A stretch of 64,000 nucleotides of DNA from a virus (IMGVR_UViG_3300032220_000132:207-64206); one strand, 5' to 3'. Positions 46,698 to 55,351 are shown, counted from the stretch's first letter. Notes: generated by a model from the letters alone, not told the origin. Numbers and translations are program-made.

Positions 46698-48179
46698 ATG
46701 CAGTCTTTAGAATTGCGTGAGCATCAACTCAACGTGGTCGATGCTCTACGAGATGGATTTAAACGTGGTCATAGATCGCAATTGCTTTATGCACCAACAG
46801 GATTTGGAAAGACTGAGGTAGCCATCTACCTTATGAAAGCCACATCTGATAACTACAAACGAACATCCATGGTCCTAGATCGGGTGGTGCTGGTCGATCA
46901 AACCAGTATGCGCCTGACCAAGTATGGCATCAAGCATGGTGTATTCCAAGCTGACCATTGGATGTTTGACCGCCACAACCGCATTCAGGTATGTTCTGCC
47001 CAAACCCTAGAACGCAGATCTGACTTCCCAGAGGTCGATTTGATGATCGTGGACGAGTGCCATATCGCTAGGAAGCAGACATCTGACTTTATCCTGAACA
47101 ATCCCAACATCAAAGTCATAGGGCTCACCGCAACCCCATTTACCAAAGGATTGGGGGATCTCTATACCAATGTGGTGTGTGGCGCAACCACCGAAGATCT
47201 AGTCAATAAGAAGTGGCTGACCCCCTTGAAAGTCTATATCGCCAAAGAGATAGACATGACTGGGGTAAAGAAGGTCGCTGGTGAGTGGTCGGCAGATCAA
47301 GTAACAGAACGAGGGATGCGTATTACTGGCGATATTGTGGATGAATGGATCAAAAAGACCCATGAAATCTATGGCAAACCCATGAAGACCATCGTTTTTT
47401 GTTCAGGTGTAGCCCATGGCGCAGACCTTGTAGAGCAGTTTGCTATCAAGGGATACAACTTTGTCTCAATATCCTACAAGGATAATGACGATTTTAAAAA
47501 GGCAGCGATTGAGGATTTTGCCAAGCCCGATACCCAGATCAACGGGCTGATCGCCACCGACATCCTGACCCGTGGCTTTGATGTCTCGGATGTAATGATC
47601 GGAGTTTCTGCCCGACCCTTTTCCAAATCCCTGTCATCCCACATCCAACAGATGGGGCGTGTAATGCGAACCCACGAAGGCAAGGAGTTTGCCCTGTGGC
47701 TTGATCATTCGGGCAACTACATTCGTTTTCGAGAGGATTGGGATGAAATATACGAAGATGGGGTGCGTTCTTTGCGTGGCAAACAGGAAAAAGCCAAGAA
47801 AGAACCCACTGAGAAGATCAAAAATGAGTCCAAATGCCCATCCTGTGGGTATTTATGGCCCAAAAACAGCGATACCTGCCCTGCCTGTGGTCATGTCCGT
47901 AAGAGACGCAACCATGTTGATGCTGTGGCAGGTGAGTTAATCGAACTGGTAGCGGGCGTAAAAGCAAGAAAAGATGATAAGCAGATCTTTTACTCTGAAC
48001 TTTTGTATATCGCACAGCAAAGAAGTTACAACCCCAACTGGGCAAGTCATAAGTATCGGGAGAAGTTTGGGGTATGGCCTAAAGGATTAGCGGATACCAC
48101 CATTCCCCCATCCATCAATACCCAAAAGTGGATCAGGAGTAAAGACATTCAATGGGCAAAAAGGAGAGATAGGGCATGA
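46698..48179 (+). CDS. SF2 DExH helicase with C-terminal Zn finger (RadD/YejH-like)
   Basis: APTGFGKT, DECH, LTATP, QMGRVMR, CPSC...CPAC. Confidence 0.9.
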   Translation: MQSLELREHQLNVVDALRDGFKRGHRSQLLYAPTGFGKTEVAIYLMKATSDNYKRTSMVLDRVVLVDQTSMRLTKYGIKHGVFQADHWMFDRHNRIQVCSAQTLERRSDFPEVDLMIVDECHIARKQTSDFILNNPNIKVIGLTATPFTKGLGDLYTNVVCGATTEDLVNKKWLTPLKVYIAKEIDMTGVKKVAGEWSADQVTERGMRITGDIVDEWIKKTHEIYGKPMKTIVFCSGVAHGADLVEQFAIKGYNFVSISYKDNDDFKKAAIEDFAKPDTQINGLIATDILTRGFDVSDVMIGVSARPFSKSLSSHIQQMGRVMRTHEGKEFALWLDHSGNYIRFREDWDEIYEDGVRSLRGKQEKAKKEPTEKIKNESKCPSCGYLWPKNSDTCPACGHVRKRRNHVDAVAGELIELVAGVKARKDDKQIFYSELLYIAQQRSYNPNWASHKYREKFGVWPKGLADTTIPPSINTQKWIRSKDIQWAKRRDRA

Positions 48180-48952
48180 GAAGAAACTATCCAGCACGAA
48201 TACATTTGAAATGTGAAGTTTGTGAAACAGAATTTACAAGACCGCCAAGCCTTGTTAAAAAGGTTAAACGATCCTTTTGTAGCAAAACCTGTGCAGATAT
48301 AGCGCAAACTACCGCACCAAGATTTGATTTTAAGTGCGAGGTATGCAAGAAAGTTTTTAGAGATACCAAAGATCATGGTGCTGACAGGCGTTTTTGTAGC
48401 CGTGAATGTTTTTGTGCTAACGCACCAGACCTATCTGAAAGAGACTGCCCTCAGTGTGGTGTTTTATTTAAGCCACATAAATCATCACATACAGAAGAAA
48501 GGGCAAGTAAATATTGTTCTAAAAAGTGCTACACAGAAAGCCAAAAGACTGGTGAAGAAGTGTCATGCTTAAATTGTGGAAAACTTTTTTATACCAATCC
48601 AAGCCATTCAAACACTTGCTGTTCCATAAAATGCAGTAGCGAGCATTACAGAGGGTCAACTTCTCATATGTGGAAAGGTGGGAAATATGTCGCTGAAACC
48701 ACAGGGCATAAGTTTGTGGCATTAGAACGACCTGACAGGGTAGGGAAGTATGTTGCAGAACACAGAATGGTAGCCATGCGACAGATTGGAAGATTGCTAG
48801 AGCAATACGAAAAGGTAATTCACCTTAACAATTTGCCTGACGATAACAGACCTGAAAATCTATACATATGTGGCACAAATAGTCATATGAGAAAACTATT
48901 TAATGGCACTCTGCCATGGCCTAAGAAAAGCAACTTAAAGGAATACAAGTAA
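48176..48952 (+). CDS. HNH homing endonuclease-like protein with tandem CxxC...CS..C repeats
   Basis: Four Zn-finger repeats; AEHRMV...IHLN..PDDNRPENL. Confidence 0.75.
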   Translation: MRRNYPARIHLKCEVCETEFTRPPSLVKKVKRSFCSKTCADIAQTTAPRFDFKCEVCKKVFRDTKDHGADRRFCSRECFCANAPDLSERDCPQCGVLFKPHKSSHTEERASKYCSKKCYTESQKTGEEVSCLNCGKLFYTNPSHSNTCCSIKCSSEHYRGSTSHMWKGGKYVAETTGHKFVALERPDRVGKYVAEHRMVAMRQIGRLLEQYEKVIHLNNLPDDNRPENLYICGTNSHMRKLFNGTLPWPKKSNLKEYK

Positions 48953-49758
48953 TGAGGTTTGAAGACTTTGCCCGATCCCATGGGCTGATTATCAACAGTG
49001 TTGTTCCTTTTAAATGGGTAGCAACCCCAACAGATGACCATCCACATAAGCGTAATGGGCGCTATAAATTCATGGGTGATGTTGGCTGGGTGCAAAACTG
49101 GGCAACCATGGATAAGCCAAGTATGTGGCGCAATAATGGAAATTATGCGACAACCCCACAGTTTCTAAAACTGCGAGACCAAGAAGACCAAAAACGCAAG
49201 GCTTTGGCTGATCGTGCTTGTGCAAAAGCAGGCTGGATCATGCACCAGACTGAAGTTATGCACCATCCATATCTGTTAAAAAAAGGTTTTCCAGACGAGA
49301 AAATGCCCGTGCATGACGGCAAATTAGTAGTGGCGATGCGGAAAGATGGAAAAATAGTAGGATGCCAACTCATCAATGACGAGGGGGATAAGAAGTTTCT
49401 CTATGGTCAGCAGACGAAGGGGGCAACTTTCACCTTTGATGCAAAAGGTGTCCCGATCTTCTGCGAGGGTTTGGCTACGGGCTTGTCTATTCAGGCGGTA
49501 ATGAGAGCCAATAAAATGCGATACACAATCCATGTTTGCTTTAGTGCAGGCAACCTCAAGGAAGTAGCAAGGCTTATCCCCAATGGGATAGTCGTGGCTG
49601 ACAATGACCCCAGTGGTGTCGGAGAAAGAATCGCCAAAGAGACAGGCAAACCTTATTGGATCAGCGACACAATCGGGCATGATTTCAATGATGACTATGT
49701 TGCTCATGGTCTATTTAGGATGTCCCAATCCCTCAAAAAGGTGTTGATAGGCAGATAA
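48952..49758 (+). CDS. Toprim-domain DNA primase
   Basis: HPYLLKKG, CQLI...GDKKF, CEGLATG, FSAGNL, ADND, DFND. Confidence 0.85.
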   Translation: MRFEDFARSHGLIINSVVPFKWVATPTDDHPHKRNGRYKFMGDVGWVQNWATMDKPSMWRNNGNYATTPQFLKLRDQEDQKRKALADRACAKAGWIMHQTEVMHHPYLLKKGFPDEKMPVHDGKLVVAMRKDGKIVGCQLINDEGDKKFLYGQQTKGATFTFDAKGVPIFCEGLATGLSIQAVMRANKMRYTIHVCFSAGNLKEVARLIPNGIVVADNDPSGVGERIAKETGKPYWISDTIGHDFNDDYVAHGLFRMSQSLKKVLIGR

Positions 49759-49761
49759 TAT

Positions 49762-49793
49762 AGAAAAACCCCCAGTCTTACGGCACTGGGGGT
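49762..49793 (-). terminator. Intrinsic terminator of leftward early operon (possibly bidirectional)
   Basis: acccccagt/actgggggt stem with U tract on - strand. Confidence 0.8.
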
Positions 49794-49815
49794 ATCTATT
49801 TACTGCTAGGTAAAT

Positions 49816-49962
49816 CTAATTAGGTTTTGGATCTTTCTTTTCCTCTAACTCCTCAACCCGCTTAATTAGGGTATCAACTCGGTCATTCCACAACTGGGAA
49901 TCCACCGACTGAGGCCATGTAATTAAGTGTTCTTTTATAAGTTCTAAGATACTTTTAGGCAT
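49816..49962 (-). CDS. Early hypothetical protein (48 aa; not in ORF track)
   Basis: MPKSILELIKEHL...; ATGCCTAA overlap. Confidence 0.55.
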   Translation of the reverse strand: MPKSILELIKEHLITWPQSVDSQLWNDRVDTLIKRVEELEEKKDPKPN

Positions 49963-50128
49963 TCGGATCTACCTCATCTAATCCGTAAACCTCAACAATT
50001 TCCCAGTTATCTACATCCTTGGGATTAGCCACATCCATCCCATATTCTTCAGGATCTTCCCCATTTGGCACATCCACCTCAACATAGGTAGTCCCAATAA
50101 ATTTGACACTCATTCCATATCTACGCAT
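49955..50128 (-). CDS. Early acidic hypothetical protein
   Basis: YVEVD motif; start approximate. Confidence 0.55.
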   Translation of the reverse strand: MRRYGMSVKFIGTTYVEVDVPNGEDPEEYGMDVANPKDVDNWEIVEVYGLDEVDPNA

Positions 50129-50304
50129 GATTCTTCCTTTATTCCACATACACACAAATAAACACCTTTACAGTCAGGATCAAACCCAAAACTCTTGGCA
50201 AGATCATCCCAATCCCTTGGCACTATCTCAGGATCAACATACATCCACCCACCCTTGGGTAAAACTGTATATCCCGCTTGTTCTACCTCTTGTTGGTTAA
50301 GCAT
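50110..50304 (-). CDS. Early hypothetical protein
   Basis: MLNQQEVEQAG; ATGCTTAA overlap with SD gaggag. Confidence 0.6.
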   Translation of the reverse strand: MLNQQEVEQAGYTVLPKGGWMYVDPEIVPRDWDDLAKSFGFDPDCKGVYLCVCGIKEESCVDME

Positions 50305-50452
50305 CTTGCATCTCCTCAACTCTGACATACTCAGGTGTCTCAAAATGATCCCATGTAGATTGCTCGTATGCTTTACTAATCGCACTATCTTGATCTTTAG
50401 CATCAACTTCTACATACCCATACGATACAAACACAACTGTATATTTAGGCAT
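50297..50452 (-). CDS. Early hypothetical protein (51 aa; not in ORF track)
   Basis: MPKYTVVFVSYGYVEVDAKDQDSAI...; SD gaggag. Confidence 0.65.
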   Translation of the reverse strand: MPKYTVVFVSYGYVEVDAKDQDSAISKAYEQSTWDHFETPEYVRVEEMQDA

Positions 50453-51086
50453 CTTCCATCTCCTCAAGTTCTTTCTTCTTGGCGATCAACTGGGCAGAAA
50501 GTTCAGCATCATCCTTTTCTTTCAAGGTTTCTTCCAGTTCCTCGATCTCATCAGCAAGTTCTTGCATAGCCCATTCTTTCATGCTCTCGGTGATGCCAAA
50601 CTCAAGGTCAATGTTATCGGGGATATTGTTTTTGACATCCAACCAATTACCGCTAATGTCATAGGTCTCATCTGAACCATCCACATATTGACCGCAAAAG
50701 CAACAACCGCCCTCATAGTAAAGAGCATTCACCCCATAACCTTGATCTACCAGTTTGTCAAAGATTCCAGTAGGCGGAGACCACGCAGTGGCGAATGATG
50801 CTCTGATCTCATTTTCCTGAATATCAATGTAGGCTTCATCCGTAGTAATCTCCCACTTTGTTCCCCAGTTCTGAACCCGCCAATCCCACCATGCTGATTC
50901 AGGATTAACTGGATCGTCATTACCCTTGATACTGGGGAATGTCGGCTTGACCTTTACCTTGGTGTAATCAGGCTCAGGATGGATAGTTCCAAAGAATTTG
51001 TTTGCTTTCCACGCATCCACAAGAACCTGAATCTTCTTGGGATCATCATGGGTTATATATACAGTGTTATCGCACCAATTAGGCAT
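50445..51086 (-). CDS. DUF1281/YubB-like ferredoxin-fold protein
   Basis: MPNWCDN...WWDWRVQNWGTKW...FATAWSPP...YYEGGCCFCG. Confidence 0.8.
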   Translation of the reverse strand: MPNWCDNTVYITHDDPKKIQVLVDAWKANKFFGTIHPEPDYTKVKVKPTFPSIKGNDDPVNPESAWWDWRVQNWGTKWEITTDEAYIDIQENEIRASFATAWSPPTGIFDKLVDQGYGVNALYYEGGCCFCGQYVDGSDETYDISGNWLDVKNNIPDNIDLEFGITESMKEWAMQELADEIEELEETLKEKDDAELSAQLIAKKKELEEMEDA

Positions 51087-51264
51087 TTTGATTCTCCTTA
51101 TGTTGTTGTTCAGCCAGTCTTCTTTGCTTCATAGCCATCAGCCGACCATAGTGCATCTTGTCTTCTAATCGCCATTCGTAATATTCGATCTTGCATCTTT
51201 TCGTTAAATCGAAAAACATACTATTCATTTCCAATTCAATTTCTTCAAGTGATTTTTTAGGCAT
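51079..51264 (-). CDS. Early hypothetical protein
   Basis: MPKKSLEE; SD gaggag. Confidence 0.6.
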   Translation of the reverse strand: MPKKSLEEIELEMNSMFFDLTKRCKIEYYEWRLEDKMHYGRLMAMKQRRLAEQQHKENQNA

Positions 51265-51436
51265 TTGCTTTCTCCTCTTCAGAAATAACAAAGTAATAGG
51301 TGCTATAACATTTTGGGCAAACTACCTCGGCTTCTTCCTGCCCTTCAATCTCATGCTCGGCATGGGTAAACCCAATGTGATGGCAGTCCAAGCAAATGTT
51401 CTGCACATCATCTTCTACTTCAAAGTATTTAGGCAT
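51257..51436 (-). CDS. Early Zn-ribbon protein
   Basis: CLDC...CPKC. Confidence 0.65.
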   Translation of the reverse strand: MPKYFEVEDDVQNICLDCHHIGFTHAEHEIEGQEEAEVVCPKCYSTYYFVISEEEKANA

Positions 51437-51608
51437 CTTCACACTCCCCTGCATAAACTTCTTCGTAGATTGATTTGATAACCTCACCCTCATGCTCATC
51501 AGCACAGTATTCAATGACATCCTGAACTGTCCAATGTCCTACATGGATTGTTCTGCCTGATGCAAACTCAACCATGTAAGCCTTTTCGTAATCTGAGTCA
51601 TAACTCAT
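51429..51608 (-). CDS. Early acidic hypothetical protein
   Basis: SD gaggag; MSYDSDYEKAY. Confidence 0.65.
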   Translation of the reverse strand: MSYDSDYEKAYMVEFASGRTIHVGHWTVQDVIEYCADEHEGEVIKSIYEEVYAGECEDA

Positions 51609-51903
51609 CTTCACACTCCTCATCAGTGCTAACGCATACCTCTAACCCATCACCCTCATAAGGCACTTCGGTAATGTAATAGTAGATACGATTGACCAAG
51701 TGATAACCATCCACCACATAAGTCCCGCCATCCCCATCCACATAAGTCCATACCCGCTTTGGCTGAGTATCTGCAATACCCAAGACATAACCCAGTTCAA
51801 TGTCGTATGTCTCAAAGTAATCCCTTGTGCATTCCCGATTCTCACCTCTTGCGAGGTGATTTTGAATCGGTTTGTATTTGTCATACCATTCATCAAAATC
51901 CAT
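51598..51903 (-). CDS. Early conserved hypothetical protein
   Basis: FDEWYDKYKPIQN...FETY...VWT...GYHLVNRIYY. Confidence 0.7.
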   Translation of the reverse strand: MDFDEWYDKYKPIQNHLARGENRECTRDYFETYDIELGYVLGIADTQPKRVWTYVDGDGGTYVVDGYHLVNRIYYYITEVPYEGDGLEVCVSTDEECEDEL

Positions 51904-51912
51904 ATAGCCCCC

Positions 51913-52392
51913 TTACCAACTGGCTTGATAGTAAAACTCATACTGATCTTCGGGCAGTGATTCCAACGCACTGGTAATGCCCTCGACAGTATTCTTTAGG
52001 TCTTGCCAATACCATTCATCCTTTTCGTATGAACCAAAAAAGAATCCCTCTACTGGATCTAAATCATCATCCCTTATGCCATCAGGATCATTCAGGATTG
52101 ACTGGCACAAGTCCCGCAACTCCACCAGTTTTTCCCTTGGCACATAGGATTGCTGACACTCATCCACCCCACCCTGACAGTTTTCCACGAACCACCCATG
52201 GATAGCGTTAGCCTTTCTCCAATACATGGCATCAATGGATACTTCCTTGACCACAAGGCTCGATCCCCCAAATCGTTTCTCAGGATTACCATCAACCCCA
52301 ATCATTTGATTGACCTTTTGAGATATTTCCTTGTCCTCGTCTCGGTGAGACGAAAGATATCTCTTGGCAGTTAAATACATATCTAAACCCAT
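51913..52392 (-). CDS. Early conserved phage protein
   Basis: MGLDMYL...YWRKANAIHGWFV...GFFFGS...YQASW; leader aactgctaggag. Confidence 0.8.
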   Translation of the reverse strand: MGLDMYLTAKRYLSSHRDEDKEISQKVNQMIGVDGNPEKRFGGSSLVVKEVSIDAMYWRKANAIHGWFVENCQGGVDECQQSYVPREKLVELRDLCQSILNDPDGIRDDDLDPVEGFFFGSYEKDEWYWQDLKNTVEGITSALESLPEDQYEFYYQASW

Positions 52393-52408
52393 AACATTCT
52401 CCTAGCAG

Positions 52409-52473
52409 TTAAAGTTATGATTGCCGAATGACAATCCCTATGCCCTCACACAAAGGCATAGAAGTATCACTCA
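52409..52473 (-). promoter_or_regulatory. RNase III-like processing hairpin, copy A
   Basis: ugagugaua/ugucauucg plus cuaugcc/ggcauag; homologous to 55063-55129. Confidence 0.6.
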
Positions 52474-52722
52474 GGGCATCACTGGCAAACAGGATTGCTT
52501 ATCATCACTGGTAAACAATGCACCACCACCATTCCCCTCATCATCCCGACTGGGGAAGAACCACAGACCATCATGGGTTTGAAAAGCGATTGACCTTTCA
52601 TACCAACCCATCTCCCCCATTTCTTCCTTGGTCATGTATCGAACATTGACAATGCGTTTATGCAACAACAGTTTTTTGGCTTCATCATTCCAATACTTGT
52701 CGTAATCCTTAATTTCTTTCAT
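52471..52722 (-). CDS. Early hypothetical protein
   Basis: VRYMTKEE...PSRDDEGNGGGALF. Confidence 0.7.
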   Translation of the reverse strand: MKEIKDYDKYWNDEAKKLLLHKRIVNVRYMTKEEMGEMGWYERSIAFQTHDGLWFFPSRDDEGNGGGALFTSDDKQSCLPVMP

Positions 52723-52731
52723 CACACTCTC

Positions 52732-52809
52732 CTAGTTAAAAGTAACGATTGCAGACCACACCACATACGCAGTGTAGGCTACTGCTATTGGCACAATCCA
52801 GTCCCACAT
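52732..52809 (-). CDS. 25-aa single-TM peptide (not in ORF track)
   Basis: MWDWIVPIAVAYTAYVVWSAIVTFN; TAATG coupling. Confidence 0.5.
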   Translation of the reverse strand: MWDWIVPIAVAYTAYVVWSAIVTFN

Positions 52810-53093
52810 TACTGCACCCCCTCTAATTCGTAATCAACTTCAAAAATAGTGAGATTGTCCTTATCAATCTCAACAATGGTGAAGTCCTCACCATCATTAA
52901 GAACATCTCCCGCTTTCAACGATTCCATTTCCTGCCCAGTCAAAAAGAAGTAAATCTTTTCATCTGCCCAACTATCAAAATACGCATCTTCAGGATGACC
53001 ATCTTCTGCAACTCCCAGTAATACATTTGCACCATCACCTAACCAGTCGCAACTAATGACTGCGTCATAGGCTTTAATCTTCATTGTCGGCAT
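52809..53093 (-). CDS. Early acidic hypothetical protein
   Basis: Leader aactgctaggag, 6 nt to ATG 53093. Confidence 0.7.
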   Translation of the reverse strand: MPTMKIKAYDAVISCDWLGDGANVLLGVAEDGHPEDAYFDSWADEKIYFFLTGQEMESLKAGDVLNDGEDFTIVEIDKDNLTIFEVDYELEGVQ

Positions 53094-53112
53094 ATCCATC
53101 TCCTAGCAGTTT

Positions 53113-53218
53113 GACAAAGACCCCCCGACTGCTTCGTTTACTCATACAGGCATATTGCGTCATATACTCAGTAAGGTAATTAGGGGGGTTTCGACTATTC
53201 AAGTCTCTTCAGTTTGCC
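53113..53218 (-). ncRNA. Type I hammerhead ribozyme
   Basis: GGCAAA CUGAAGA GACU-ugaau-AGUC GAAA CCCCCC...GGGGGG UC^ UUUGUC; all core residues and GUC cleavage triplet present. Confidence 0.88.
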
Positions 53219-53403
53219 TAGTAATCCTCGTTTTCTTCCCACAGGCAAGGATCAACTAACCTTTGCCCGAAAGCATTGAACAACTGCCCACAATCACAAG
53301 CAACATCCTCGCCTGAACCATCCGAGCAGACCTTTTTATTGCACTGGCACTTCCATTCCCGCCACAGAATTCGACCAGTATCTTGGCATTCAACGATTCT
53401 CAT
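53218..53403 (-). CDS. Early Cys-rich (Zn-binding) protein
   Basis: CQC...CDCGQLFNAFGQRL. Confidence 0.65.
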   Translation of the reverse strand: MRIVECQDTGRILWREWKCQCNKKVCSDGSGEDVACDCGQLFNAFGQRLVDPCLWEENEDY

Positions 53404-53711
53404 TATTCAAACTCCTTTGGCACGATCACATCAAACTTACGCAACAGGGCTATTGCCTTGTCAGACAGGCACATCACTCCGTCATATTCATCCAAGGTGC
53501 GGACTCCAAACTGGTCAATGGTGAACCACAGACCAATGTATTCAAAACCCACATCCTCGATATCCCACTCAATGAACCCAGTAGCATCATCCCTAAAATA
53601 CAACTCCATGGTGGATTCGTGAGTCCCGATATCCTTCTCGCCCCAACTGCCTTCCATAATCAAAGGGCAGTTAAAGGTCTCTTTGCCGATAAAGTAGTGA
53701 GTCATAATCAA
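53403..53711 (-). CDS. Early hypothetical protein
   Basis: Coupled ORF; IGLWF...EYDGVMCL. Confidence 0.65.
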   Translation of the reverse strand: MIMTHYFIGKETFNCPLIMEGSWGEKDIGTHESTMELYFRDDATGFIEWDIEDVGFEYIGLWFTIDQFGVRTLDEYDGVMCLSDKAIALLRKFDVIVPKEFE

Positions 53712-54070
53712 TACTCCGAACTAAGCATAAGAACATTGTCGGTCAGGAAGAACTGATACTCCCCATCAGGGCAGTCAGTATGCTCAATATGCTTTTGTTT
53801 GAAAGTCCTGTAATCACCATCTTCAATACTGATATCGGCACTGCCATTGGCAACTGCCAATTTGATAGCCAAAAATGGCTCTTTCTTGAGCAGTGGAAAT
53901 GCTTCAGTGGCGATAATGTCCAAGAACCAGTAAGCACCATTTCCCGCATTGTCAGCAAAGTATTTAACTCCGTCAGTGTGAACCATGTCCTTAGCAAAAA
54001 TAGGATTGGTGCGATAGTAATTCTCAGTCCCATAAAACTGGGATAAATCTAATTTGGTAGTCGATTCCAT
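53708..54070 (-). CDS. DUF6876-like protein
   Basis: LSQFYGTENYY...TDGVKY...AYWFLDII...VLMLSSEY. Confidence 0.75.
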   Translation of the reverse strand: MESTTKLDLSQFYGTENYYRTNPIFAKDMVHTDGVKYFADNAGNGAYWFLDIIATEAFPLLKKEPFLAIKLAVANGSADISIEDGDYRTFKQKHIEHTDCPDGEYQFFLTDNVLMLSSEY

Positions 54071-54265
54071 TTAATTCTCTCCCTTAATTGAGGTAGGTTT
54101 TAACGATTTAACAAAAGCAACTGCGTGGTGATGAAAAGCAAATGTAGCAAGCCAGTATTTCCTAACATGGATATCAGGCTTGCTTGACACAGGACTGGCA
54201 TCATATTCGTCAAGTCTGACAACCTTAAAAGTAAAATCAGGTGTTTTTTCTATTTCATAATTCAT
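54071..54265 (-). CDS. Early hypothetical protein
   Basis: MNYEIEKTPDF; start approximate. Confidence 0.5.
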   Translation of the reverse strand: MNYEIEKTPDFTFKVVRLDEYDASPVSSKPDIHVRKYWLATFAFHHHAVAFVKSLKPTSIKGEN

Positions 54266-54653
54266 CTTCTTCATCCTCTGCACCAAGCACAGTATCGACA
54301 ATGTAATCACCAAACTTCAGAACCCCATCATCATTGGTGCATAAGGTGGCAGTCTCAAACACTACAAGCGTTGAATCCTTGCGATCATCAGTAGCGTAAG
54401 CAACAGGCACAAGACCAATCAAACCCGCATCAACTGGGTAAGTATTGCCTTTGTTATCGGGATAGCAACCATCACCCCATTTAGTGCCAAAAGCAAGAAC
54501 TTCAAAGTCCCCAACTTTGCCAACAGGGGCATTGAAGTAATTGCATGATGCAAGCAGATCGCCCCAATCCTTATCAGGCACTACATAGCAGGGATCGCCA
54601 AGGATGTAAGCACCCTTTGGAACTACGACAGATATAGAACTTAATGTAAGCAT
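54255..54653 (-). CDS. Early conserved protein (GDPCY / GDGxY / VDAGLIG family)
   Basis: Named motifs present in translation. Confidence 0.7.
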   Translation of the reverse strand: MLTLSSISVVVPKGAYILGDPCYVVPDKDWGDLLASCNYFNAPVGKVGDFEVLAFGTKWGDGCYPDNKGNTYPVDAGLIGLVPVAYATDDRKDSTLVVFETATLCTNDDGVLKFGDYIVDTVLGAEDEEDEL

Positions 54654-54655
54654 GA

Positions 54656-55045
54656 TTAGATTCCTCTGTAATTGTCAGGGTTATATTCCCGTTGATGCCC
54701 CGCATAATCAACGGCTTTGTAGTCAGCAATCTCAACATTCAAAGGGATCACCTGCAACCCAGTTAATTGCTCGATACGGCAAGCAGTCAGGATGCTAACA
54801 ATCATGGTGTAAAGATTATCATCATCAGACCTAACATCCAGTAGAAGCGAGGTGTGGCGGTCAGTAGTGCTAATCAATCTGCCAATCTCGCCAGTCCAAA
54901 CAAGCAGACCATCCTCTGTGGAAGATGGATCATTCAGGTTAGCGATGCTATGGTCAGCAAGGGCAACAGTGTTGTTGTCCTCATTGTGGAACAGGTAATG
55001 CGAGAAGCATTTCTTGGCTTCAATTTTATTAACCAATTCAAACAT
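54656..55045 (-). CDS. Early hypothetical protein
   Basis: Leader aactgctaggag. Confidence 0.7.
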   Translation of the reverse strand: MFELVNKIEAKKCFSHYLFHNEDNNTVALADHSIANLNDPSSTEDGLLVWTGEIGRLISTTDRHTSLLLDVRSDDDNLYTMIVSILTACRIEQLTGLQVIPLNVEIADYKAVDYAGHQREYNPDNYRGI

Positions 55046-55062
55046 ATTAAATCTCCTAGCAG

Positions 55063-55129
55063 TTAGTCGAATGATTGTTGAATAACAATCCCTAAACCCA
55101 TTGGGTAATGGGCTTAGAGGTATTACTCA
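55063..55129 (-). promoter_or_regulatory. RNase III-like processing hairpin, copy B
   Basis: ugaguaaua/uguuauuca plus cucuaagcccauu/aauggguuuaggg. Confidence 0.6.
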
Positions 55130-55351
55130 ATAACTGGCTCTCGCTTCTGCTTGATGCTCAGCCATCATATCGGCACGAACATCAACCATGGCTTGCAGGG
55201 ATTGGATTGTCTTAACGACATCCATATCGTTTAGGGCTAATTCTTCCAGTAATTGGCTATCATCATAGGCTTCTACTACGACATCCCAACCCATGTTGTA
55301 TAAGGCTTCAGCGTATGCTTTGATTGCTTGAATCTTGTCTTGCTCAGTCAT
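55127..55351 (-). CDS. First early gene, hypothetical
   Basis: Leader ctactaggag; YNMGWDVVVEAY. Confidence 0.7.
   Translation of the reverse strand: MTEQDKIQAIKAYAEALYNMGWDVVVEAYDDSQLLEELALNDMDVVKTIQSLQAMVDVRADMMAEHQAEARASY

Noticed and set aside
53111-53116. TTGACA on + strand as an antisense promoter
   Set aside because: Largely explained by hammerhead stem I and the adjacent leader; no convincing -10 at proper spacing.
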